Shown here piece after piece: positions 6,811 to 14,500 of a stretch of 19,739 bases of DNA; the stretch's first letter is position 1; each line of letters opens with the position of its first letter. Both the position numbers and the translations under genes were made by a program. Source of the stretch: a virus (Duplodnaviria; Heunggongvirae; Uroviricota; Caudoviricetes); IMG/VR virus record IMGVR_UViG_2706795442_000001; one strand, 5' to 3'. The notes beneath the pieces were generated by a model, which saw nothing but the letters and a program-made list of their open reading frames with translations, had not been told where the DNA came from and did no database searches.

Positions 6811-8319
6811 ATGACCTTTTTAGATAATTTAATTAATGAAGATAATAAAACAGTTACAACAAACGGAGAAAATGGTTATAAATCTACTTTAAGCGGTATT
6901 TTAGATTTATCAACTGAAATTGGAAATAGTAGATTTTTAAATATAGATGATTTAACAGATTTAATAATTGAAGCAAGAGATGAAGATTTTTTATTATATT
7001 CTAAATTAATTGCATATGCAAGAGATGTCCGTCAAGGTGGAGGAGATAAACGTTTAGGTCGTTTAGGTTTTGTTGATATATTTGAAAACATTGATATAAA
7101 TAAAATTCCATTTTTGATTACTTTAATTTCAGAGTACGGGAGTTATAAAGATGTAGTTCTTTTATTGTTAGCGCCAGTTACAAACAAGGATAAAAAAAGA
7201 GCGTTAGCACAACATTTAAATAATATCTTAGATTCAGATGATACCAATGAACAAGTTAGTTTATTAGCTAAATATATGCCAACAGAAACTACTAAAGATG
7301 AAGACATGAAATTTGCATATAGAGAATTTATGAAGTATGTAGATATTACACCTAAAGAATATCGTAAAAGAAACACACGAATCAGAAAGAAACTAGACAT
7401 TGTAGAAACTAAGTTAACTGAAAAACGTTATGAAGATATTGACTATTCTCGTGTTCCGTCACAAGCTAATTTGAAATATAGAGACGCTTTTATTAGAAAT
7501 GACAAAGAGCGTTACACAGATTATTTAGAAAAAGTAGATTCTGGAGAAGAAAAAATAAATAGCGGAACTCTCGCTCCTTATCAAATTGTAGACAAAGTGC
7601 GTTATAGTAATAGTTCTTCATTAAATACTCTATGGAATAATATTCCTGCGCCAACTAACAACGGATTAGAGATTCTACCTGTAGTTGACGTTTCTGGTTC
7701 TATGTATGGACTACCAATGGACGTAGCAGTTTCTTTAGGAATATTTTTATCAGAACATAACAAAGGTCAATTTAAAGACCATTTTATCACATTCTCTAAT
7801 GAACCAGAATTGAAAAAAATTAAAGGTAATACTATTCGTGATAAAGTATCTAGTGTTGAATCTTCTAATTGGGGTATGAATACAGATTTAGAAAAAACAT
7901 TTGATTTAATATTAAAAACAGCAATTAACAATGATTTAACACAAGAAGAGTTACCAAAATCATTACTTATTATTTCAGATATGCAATTTGACGAAGCTAC
8001 AACTGGTGGTTTTTTCGCATCAGATGTACCAAAACCAGATGACACATTCTTTGAAAAAATGAAACATAAGTTTAAACAACATGGATATAAATTACCGTTT
8101 ATAGTATTTTGGAATGTAGGATATGGTAACACTAAACCTGTAGTTAAAACAACTAAAAATACAATTTTAGTATCTGGTTTTAGTCAAAACATATTTAACA
8201 GTATTTGTAATCTAGACCTAGATGATTTAGAAAAATATACACCACTTAAAGCATTATTAGAAATTTTAGAATCAGATAGATATAAAGCGATAGAGGGCTT
8301 ATATCAAACAACGGATTAA
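6811..8319 (+). CDS. DUF2828-family protein (Ro60/TROVE-like helical domain + vWA)
   Basis: YARDVRQGGGDKRLGR, LLAKYMPTE, YSRVPSQA..KYRDAF, MIDAS VVDVSGSM, GMNTDLEKTF, IISDMQFD, IVFWNV. Confidence 0.85.
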   Translation: MTFLDNLINEDNKTVTTNGENGYKSTLSGILDLSTEIGNSRFLNIDDLTDLIIEARDEDFLLYSKLIAYARDVRQGGGDKRLGRLGFVDIFENIDINKIPFLITLISEYGSYKDVVLLLLAPVTNKDKKRALAQHLNNILDSDDTNEQVSLLAKYMPTETTKDEDMKFAYREFMKYVDITPKEYRKRNTRIRKKLDIVETKLTEKRYEDIDYSRVPSQANLKYRDAFIRNDKERYTDYLEKVDSGEEKINSGTLAPYQIVDKVRYSNSSSLNTLWNNIPAPTNNGLEILPVVDVSGSMYGLPMDVAVSLGIFLSEHNKGQFKDHFITFSNEPELKKIKGNTIRDKVSSVESSNWGMNTDLEKTFDLILKTAINNDLTQEELPKSLLIISDMQFDEATTGGFFASDVPKPDDTFFEKMKHKFKQHGYKLPFIVFWNVGYGNTKPVVKTTKNTILVSGFSQNIFNSICNLDLDDLEKYTPLKALLEILESDRYKAIEGLYQTTD

Positions 8320-8327
8320 TTTCCGTT

Positions 8328-8337
8328 GATACATATT
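8328..8337 (+). promoter_or_regulatory. GATACATA late-region motif, copy 3
   Basis: At the base of the CAACGGA/TCCGTTG stem (8309-8328), immediately before the stem-loop array. Confidence 0.5.
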
Positions 8338-8338
8338 A

Positions 8339-8546
8339 AAGACACTTACAGCAATCCTGTTAATTCATATTTTACGCTAATTAAAAATGATTATGTGTCT
8401 TGTTTATTTTTATAAAAGTCTCTTACAGCAAACTTTATTAAACATTTTAAAAGATATAATATTATGTTGAGACTTGATTATATTTAAAAAGGACGTACAG
8501 CAAATTATTATTAAAAAACATGGGAACGTTTTTCAAATTGTCCTTT
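8339..8546 (+). repeat. Array of three 59-63 nt stem-loops, each opening with N-TACAGCAA (candidate ncRNAs)
   Basis: 7-bp stems AAGACAC/GTGTCTT (8339-8401), AAGTCTC/GAGACTT (8416-8475) and AAAGGAC/GTCCTTT (8488-8546); TACAGCAA at 8347, 8424 and 8496. Confidence 0.85.
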
Positions 8547-8556
8547 GATACATATT
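8547..8556 (+). promoter_or_regulatory. GATACATA late-region motif, copy 4
   Basis: Directly after array unit 3, before the AAGGAGG SD of the phosphoesterase. Confidence 0.5.
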
Positions 8557-8573
8557 TTAAGGAGGAATATGGA

Positions 8574-9752
8574 ATGAATGAATATTTAAAACGCAACGAG
8601 GAAAGTGTAACATCATATTGGATAAGATTATATAAAAACAGACAATCTTATGGACTAACATTCAAAGAATGTGGTCAGCTTATGAATGAAGTAACAGGAG
8701 AAGATTGGAACGAAGCAAAATGGCGTAGAGAAATGGAAGGTTATCTTAAAGTATCTAGCTATTTACAAGAAGAAAACCCTACAGGAATTAATACAGAACA
8801 ATTAGAAGAAATTCAATCAGAGAAATTGGAACTTGAAAAAGAAAAAATAAAAATGAGAGACCAAAAACGTGAAATGCGTAACACTCTTAGACAAATGGCT
8901 CGTTTAGAACATTTAGTAGATTATGTTGAATCTGCAACAGAAACATTAGAACCATTTGAGTTACCTGTAGAAAGCAAAGATAAAACTAATGATAGTGAAG
9001 CTATGGTAGTTATTTCCGATTGGCATTTAGGAATGAATATAGATAGCCAATTTAATAGATTTAACGAAGATGTAGCACGATACAGAATCACTAAGTTAAA
9101 GCAGAAAACATATGAAAAAGTAATTAAAGACGACATACAGAGATTGCATATAGCTAACTTGGGTGATTTAATTCATGGTGCTATACATGTGTCAACTAGA
9201 ATACAAAGTGAAGAAGATGTTATTCAGCAAGTTATAAGAGCTTCTGAATATCTGAAAGACTTTATTGGAGATTTCTTGAAATTAGGCATTGATGTTAAGT
9301 ATTATAATGTTATAGGAAATCATGGTCGTGTATCTCCTAACAAACAAGATGTGGCAGGAATAGAAGAAAACTTTGAAAAACTTATTCTAACTATATTAGA
9401 TACGGCATTTAGTTCTCAATTAAATTATACGTCTTTTGATTCTAAAGACGGTCTTATTGAAACTACAATAAAAGGACGAAAGGGCGTTCTAGTACACGGA
9501 GATTATGATAAAGGCGCAAGTATTGTTGCTAAATTACCACAACTATTAGGATATGTTCCAGATTTTGTTATAGGTGGACATTTCCATAGAGAATCAATTA
9601 TGGATTATGGTAAGACGACATGTATTACTAATGGTTCTTTATGTGGTAGCGATGATTATGCAATACAAATGAGATTAGGTGGAAAACCTAGTCAAAAATA
9701 TTTAACTTTCACTGATGAAGGTATTGAAGAAAATAATACGATTTATTTATAA
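8574..9752 (+). CDS. Calcineurin-like metallophosphoesterase with N-terminal helical/coiled-coil extension
   Basis: Start reassigned to ATG 8574 (AAGGAGG 8559-8565). ISDWHLG, NLGDLIHG, GNHGR, VHGD and GGHFH are the five metallophosphoesterase motifs. Confidence 0.85.
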   Translation: MNEYLKRNEESVTSYWIRLYKNRQSYGLTFKECGQLMNEVTGEDWNEAKWRREMEGYLKVSSYLQEENPTGINTEQLEEIQSEKLELEKEKIKMRDQKREMRNTLRQMARLEHLVDYVESATETLEPFELPVESKDKTNDSEAMVVISDWHLGMNIDSQFNRFNEDVARYRITKLKQKTYEKVIKDDIQRLHIANLGDLIHGAIHVSTRIQSEEDVIQQVIRASEYLKDFIGDFLKLGIDVKYYNVIGNHGRVSPNKQDVAGIEENFEKLILTILDTAFSSQLNYTSFDSKDGLIETTIKGRKGVLVHGDYDKGASIVAKLPQLLGYVPDFVIGGHFHRESIMDYGKTTCITNGSLCGSDDYAIQMRLGGKPSQKYLTFTDEGIEENNTIYL

Positions 9753-9764
9753 AAATGACCTTAC

Positions 9765-9793
9765 GGGACAACTCATTTGAGAATGTCCCTTTT
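9765..9793 (+). terminator. Intrinsic terminator
   Basis: GGGACA..CTC/GAG..TGTCCC hairpin followed by TTTTACTTT, just after the phosphoesterase stop. Confidence 0.75.
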
Positions 9794-9980
9794 ACTTTGT
9801 TAAAATTACTTTTACTTATATTGGGATAATTAACGTGATTATCTTTGCGTCTAAAAGTCAACAAGACAAAATGGCGACCATATAGGTAAGAGTATTTTTA
9901 AGAGGGTAAAACCTCGATTTCCTTATTCATATTCATTCATAATAATTTCTCCGAGAGGGCTTTGCCCTCTTGTTGATTAA

Positions 9981-10054
9981 CAGAATGTAGTTCAATTTGG
10001 TAGAATACCACATTTGGGATGTGGTGGTTGTTGGTTCAAATCCAGCCATTCTGA
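9981..10054 (+). tRNA. tRNA-Pro(UGG), CCA not encoded
   Basis: Acceptor CAGAATG/CATTCTG + A73, D stem GTTC/GAAT, anticodon stem CCACA/TGTGG with loop TT-TGG-GA (anticodon 10015-10017), T arm GTTGG-TTCAAAT-CCAGC. Confidence 0.95.
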
Positions 10055-10120
10055 TACTGTCTTTTTGGAGTAGCCACCGTTTCACAGTTTTTAAAACGAT
10101 AACTTTTTTAGATGGCTACA

Positions 10121-10130
10121 TATACATAAT
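10121..10130 (+). promoter_or_regulatory. TATACATA late-region motif, copy 5
   Basis: 1 nt after the GTAGCCA/TGGCTAC stem (10070-10119). Confidence 0.5.
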
Positions 10131-10133
10131 AAA

Positions 10134-10318
10134 ATGTGGATTTCATGTCCACCTATCCTAACTCTGAGACTGTGAGATAGTAACTTAAACTAGCTATTTA
10201 AGTGAATGGAGAGATAGGTTAAAAACTAGATTCTCAATGTGGCTTATTGAGTGCTTTGTTGCTATAGAAAAATAGTAATGAAAGAACAAAGGGTAGTTTT
10301 GAATGGTTTGAGCCCTTT
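10134..10318 (+). ncRNA. Candidate structured non-coding RNA (~185 nt)
   Basis: No ORF; at least five 6-7 bp stems; bracketed by TATACATA copies 5 and 6. Confidence 0.35.
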
Positions 10319-10326
10319 ATACATAT
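10318..10326 (+). promoter_or_regulatory. TATACATA late-region motif, copy 6
   Basis: At the base of the AAAGGG/CCCTTT stem, directly before the terL SD. Confidence 0.5.
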
Positions 10327-10342
10327 AAGGAGATGGTAGATT

Positions 10343-10936
10343 ATGATTGATAATTATATAATTGAACATCCATCTTATCAATATGCTTTATCAGTAGTTA
10401 ATAATGAAATTATTTCTGGAAAGTATATCAAAAAAGAATGTCAACGTTTTTTAGATGAATTAGAAAACGAAGATAGCCCATACTTTTTAGAATTAAAAAC
10501 ATTAAAACTAATAGATGATTTAACAAAGTTACTCAACATGGCTGACGGAATGAAAATTGGTAAAAGTGTTAATGAATCATTAGCACCTTTCCAATGGTAT
10601 TTCTTAGTCAACGCTTTATGTTGGAAATATAAAAACAACCCAGAAAAAAGACGTTATGAAAAATCAACATTACTAATTGCTCGTAAATCTGGAAAGAGTT
10701 TCTTAGTAGCTTTGATTTTCATATTATTGTTGCTACTAGAACCTAAAAATTCAGAGTTCTATTCAGTAGCACCAGACAGAGAACTTTCTTCAATTGTAAA
10801 AAAAGAAATAGGTAAAATGATTGAAGCAAGTCCAGCAATTTCTGATAAGTTTAAAGTTATCAAATCAGAAGTAACTTGTCTTTTAAACAATAGTAAAATG
10901 ATTGCATTGGCTACATCTGATAACCGGATGGACGGT
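10343..10936 (+). CDS. terL: Terminase large subunit, exon 1 (198 codons)
   Basis: Walker A IARKSGKS; ends ...SDNRMDG at the U of the P1 U-G wobble. Confidence 0.9.
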
Positions 10937-10984
10937 AACTCAATTTACTGCCGTCGTTAAATCGGGCAAAATCGGTGGAAAACT

Positions 10985-11013
10985 TTGACAATGCCTATAT
11001 TGTATGATATTAT
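10985..11013 (+). promoter_or_regulatory. Intron-internal sigma-A promoter for the homing endonuclease
   Basis: TTGACA(10985-10990)-17 nt-TATTAT(11008-11013) with TGn; AGGAGG SD at 11020-11025. Confidence 0.7.
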
Positions 11014-11033
11014 ATTATTAGGAGGTTAATAAT

Positions 11034-11705
11034 ATGTTTGGATATATTTATAAAACGACTAATAATATAAATGGAAAAATATATATAGGTAAAAAGCACA
11101 GCAGCTCTTTTATTAAGGATTATTATGGAAGTGGAAAACTTATAAATAGAGCTATTGATAAGTATGGTATAGAAAATTTTAGTGTAGAGATAATAGAAGA
11201 ATGCGAAACACTAGAAGAACTTAATTTAAAAGAAAAATATTATATAAAATATTTAGAATCTAACTATAAATTAGGCAAAGGTTATAATATTGCTTCTGGT
11301 GGAGATGGCGGAAACATTATCAGCTTATTACCAGAAATTGATTATAATTCCTTTATTCTTGATTGTAAAAGAAGAGCAAAAGGAAAAAATAATCCTAATT
11401 ATGGGAATGGTAATAAAATATCTGGGGACAATAATCCATCTAAAAGACCCGAAGTTAGGGAAAAATTAAGCAAAGCTACTAGTGGAAAAAACAATCCAAT
11501 GTATGGCAAAAAAGGAAAATTAAGTCATAGATATGGAACAAAACATTCTGAAGAAACAAGAAACAAAATAAAAGAATCTCTAAAAAATAAAGTATATAAA
11601 AAAGTATGTAAGAATTGCAACATAGAATTTAATACTAAATATGCCAGAACTACATATTGTTGTGCTGATTGTAAAAGAGAATACCGAGATAACCATAATA
11701 AATAA
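11034..11705 (+). CDS. GIY-YIG homing endonuclease with NUMOD3-type repeats and C-terminal Cys zinc finger
   Basis: GYIY...IYIG, GKNNPMYG and KHSEETRNKIKESLK motifs, CKNC...YCCADC. Confidence 0.9.
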   Translation: MFGYIYKTTNNINGKIYIGKKHSSSFIKDYYGSGKLINRAIDKYGIENFSVEIIEECETLEELNLKEKYYIKYLESNYKLGKGYNIASGGDGGNIISLLPEIDYNSFILDCKRRAKGKNNPNYGNGNKISGDNNPSKRPEVREKLSKATSGKNNPMYGKKGKLSHRYGTKHSEETRNKIKESLKNKVYKKVCKNCNIEFNTKYARTTYCCADCKREYRDNHNK

Positions 11706-11725
11706 AAATGTTATGGTATTGTAAC

Positions 11726-11752
11726 GCATAGGAATTGAACCTATGCTTTTTT
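11726..11752 (+). terminator. Terminator-like hairpin overlapping intron P7
   Basis: GCATAGG-7 nt-CCTATGC followed by TTTTTT, 20 nt after the endonuclease stop. Confidence 0.5.
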
Positions 11753-11870
11753 ATTAGCATAGAATATAATATTCCCACGAGGGTCCGACAGTAATATACT
11801 GAAAATGTATGCTGAACTATATGGCGACATATAGAAGTGATTGATAAAAAACTATCACGATAACAAAATG

Positions 11871-12986
11871 AGAAAAGCCAACGTGTTCGTTGCTGATGAA
11901 GTTGGGGCACTTAAAAATAGATACCCAATTGAAGCAATGGAATCATCTCAAATGAATATGATTAATAGAACAGGTATTCTTATTTCTACTGCTTATGATA
12001 GCACAGATAATCCAATGGTGCAAGAGGTAGAGTATGCAGAAAAAGTATTAGATGGTTTGATTGATGATGATAGTTATTTTGCTATGTTGTTCAAACCAGA
12101 TGACGTAAGAGATTGGATGTCAGATAAAACATTATACGAATCTAATCCTTTATGTTACACTGTACCTGCTAACTATGATTATTTAGTTAAGAAAAGAAAT
12201 AAAGCATTAGAGATGTCTGATGCTAAATCTAACTTTTTAACTAAACATTTAAACATATTTATTGACGGAGATATTGAAGAATCATTTGTTACTATAGACG
12301 ATTTAAGACAAGGTAAAATAGCAGAAGAAGATTTTGATTGGGACGGTAGAGAAGTTTATTTAGGTATCGACTTAGCAGAAACTGTCGATAATACTGCTGT
12401 TTCAATGGTTTATTATGATAATGATGAAGATAAATTTTATACAAAATGTTGGTCATTTATTCCACAAGAGAAAGCAACAGAAAAATCAAAAAGAGAACGT
12501 ATTAATTATTTCTTAATGCGTGATAAAGGTTGGGCTTTTTTATGTGGAGATAGAGTAATAAGTCAACGTTTTGTTGAAGATTACGTATTAGGAATAGAAA
12601 AGAAATATAATGTTATAGTAAAAGGTATCGGATATGATAGACGTAATGCAATATCATCTGTAAACAGATTTATAGATGAAGGAGATTACGAGTGTATAGA
12701 AGTAAGACAAAATAGTTCGTCACTTGGTCCAACATTTAAAATGATGAGAGATTATATTATAGATGGCAATTTCCTTTACCAAGAAAATGAACTTTTAGAA
12801 AATAACTATAAAAACGCACGAATAACATACGATACTACAATGAATATATATGTCAATAAAAAGAAAAGTGCTGGTAAAATTGACGGTGTTTATGCCACAG
12901 CAGATGCAATGTATCTATGGAAACAAGACATAGATGACGGATTATTGACAAGTAGTTTTGAAGATAGAGGATTATTTATTTTGTAA
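11871..12986 (+). CDS. terL: Terminase large subunit, exon 2 (371 aa; spliced product ~569 aa)
   Basis: Walker B FVADE, ISTA coupling motif, nuclease YLGIDLAETVD and KIDGVYA. Confidence 0.9.
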   Translation, partial: RKANVFVADEVGALKNRYPIEAMESSQMNMINRTGILISTAYDSTDNPMVQEVEYAEKVLDGLIDDDSYFAMLFKPDDVRDWMSDKTLYESNPLCYTVPANYDYLVKKRNKALEMSDAKSNFLTKHLNIFIDGDIEESFVTIDDLRQGKIAEEDFDWDGREVYLGIDLAETVDNTAVSMVYYDNDEDKFYTKCWSFIPQEKATEKSKRERINYFLMRDKGWAFLCGDRVISQRFVEDYVLGIEKKYNVIVKGIGYDRRNAISSVNRFIDEGDYECIEVRQNSSSLGPTFKMMRDYIIDGNFLYQENELLENNYKNARITYDTTMNIYVNKKKSAGKIDGVYATADAMYLWKQDIDDGLLTSSFEDRGLFIL

Positions 12987-12999
12987 AGGAGGTACGTAA

Positions 13000-14475
13000 A
13001 TGGGATTGATTGACGATTTAATGAAGCAATTTTCAAATAATCAAAATAATCAAAACAAACAACAATTAAATAATATGTATGGTAATGTAAATTCAGCTAT
13101 TGTTGGTACTTCCTCTGGTGGTTCCTCAAATTTTACAGAAGAAGAAGCACTTTCAATATCCTCTGTAGCAGCAGCAACTGATTTAATAACATCCACTATT
13201 GCTAGATTACCAATAAGGTTGTATAAAAAAGGCTCTAAAGGAGAATATGTATCATTAGACGATGATAAAAGAGTTTTTTTATTGAATAAAGAACCTAATA
13301 CAACATTAACTGCTATTACATTAAAGAAACGCATTATATTAGATTATCTTTTTCATGGAAACTCATATATATATCCAGAATGGAACAGAAATGAGTTAAT
13401 GGGATTGCATCATATACCAGCTAAAAACGTTTTTGTTGAAAAATACGTAGATGAAAACATACCTTTTGCAGTTAAAGGTCAATTTGAAGTTTTAGGAGCA
13501 GATGCTCAAAAAATAACTTTATTGCCCGATGAATTAATGATTGTGTTAAAAAATTCTGAGAATGGATTAGATTCGAAGGGTATATTAGACCTTAATTCAG
13601 AGTTATTACAACTTGCATTAAACCAACAACAATATAGTTCTTCTATATTGGAGAATGGTGCATTGCCTTTGGCTGTTTTAACTACTCCATCTAGGGTTAC
13701 AGATAAAGCAATGGCAAGAATTAAACAAAGTTGGGAGACTATCTATAAAGGTGGGAAAAATGCTGGTAAAACGGTTATTTTAGAAGATGGTATGGATTAC
13801 AAACCGGTATCTCTCAACCCTAATGAATTAGATTTAAGTACAAGTAAAGAAGCTGTATTATCAGATATTGCAAGAGTTTTTGGTATTCCAGAGTCAATGC
13901 TTAATGCAGATGCAAATAAATATAATTCTAATGAACAAAACAACTTGCATTTCTTACAGTATACATTAGACCCAATTATTACAGCTCTTGAAAGTGCATT
14001 AAATAAATCTTTACTATTAGAATCTGAAAAAGACAAAGGTTACAGTTTCCAAGTTGACAGAGATTCAATATTGGCAACTACAGAAGCAGAGAAATTTGCT
14101 ACTACTATTCAAGCAATGAAAGGCGGATTAATCTCTGTGAATGAAGCAAGAGCTAGACATAACCTTAAACAAATAACTGATGACTACATGATGTGGGGTC
14201 TAGGCAACATTTTCTACAATAAAGAAGACAGTAAAATGACTATTCCAAATATGGGTGCTATTATTGACCCTAATGACCCAGAAAGTGTAGCAAAAGCTAT
14301 GAATAAAGATTCTGAACAAGCTAGTAATGATTTAAAAGATAAACAAAAAGAACAAGAAAAAGAGAATACTGATAAAGATGACAACGAAGAAAAGACTGAT
14401 GATGAGATGAATGAAGATAAAGAAGACAAAGATAAAAAATCTAACAAGGATAAGGATATAAAAGAAGACAAATAA
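13000..14475 (+). CDS. Portal protein, HK97 family, with charged low-complexity C-tail
   Basis: FLLNKEPN, YLFHGNSY, GKTVILEDGMDY, IARVFGIP, NEAR motifs; follows terL. Confidence 0.92.
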   Translation: MGLIDDLMKQFSNNQNNQNKQQLNNMYGNVNSAIVGTSSGGSSNFTEEEALSISSVAAATDLITSTIARLPIRLYKKGSKGEYVSLDDDKRVFLLNKEPNTTLTAITLKKRIILDYLFHGNSYIYPEWNRNELMGLHHIPAKNVFVEKYVDENIPFAVKGQFEVLGADAQKITLLPDELMIVLKNSENGLDSKGILDLNSELLQLALNQQQYSSSILENGALPLAVLTTPSRVTDKAMARIKQSWETIYKGGKNAGKTVILEDGMDYKPVSLNPNELDLSTSKEAVLSDIARVFGIPESMLNADANKYNSNEQNNLHFLQYTLDPIITALESALNKSLLLESEKDKGYSFQVDRDSILATTEAEKFATTIQAMKGGLISVNEARARHNLKQITDDYMMWGLGNIFYNKEDSKMTIPNMGAIIDPNDPESVAKAMNKDSEQASNDLKDKQKEQEKENTDKDDNEEKTDDEMNEDKEDKDKKSNKDKDIKEDK

Positions 14476-14500
14476 CTTTTATATAAGAGAGGTTAGATAA

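Larger units (their letters stand above)
10937..11870 (+). mobile_element. Group I intron (934 nt) with homing endonuclease in P5
   Basis: P1 GACGGU/GCCGUC(10950-10955); P10 UUUACU/AGAAAA; P3 UCGGGC/GUCCGA; P4 UCGGUG(10972-10977)/UACCGA(11682-11687); P5 10983-10992/11668-11677; P7 GCAUA(11726-11730)/UAUGC(11808-11812); P8 CAGUA/UACUG; P9 CUAUAUG-GCGA-CAUAUAG; terminal G11870. Splicing restores MDG|RKANVFVADE in frame. Confidence 0.92.

Noticed and set aside
8339-8546. CRISPR array interpretation of the TACAGCAA units
   Set aside because: The conserved part is only 8-9 nt, the stems vary between units, and there are no cas genes in the window.
8520-8573. ORF-track start for the phosphoesterase
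   Set aside because: No SD, and it overlaps array unit 3; ATG 8574 has AAGGAGG at correct spacing.
9823-9923. Possible tRNA-like or RNase P-like element (GAGG-GTAAAA-CCTC, GGATAATTA/TGATTATCT) before tRNA-Pro
   Set aside because: Only one convincing stem, no T-loop, and the GGTAAA resemblance to RNase P is too short to support a call.
11841-11870. Independent TTG-initiated gene for the terL C-terminal half
   Set aside because: These bases form intron P9.1 and the 3' end of the intron; splicing explains the frame.
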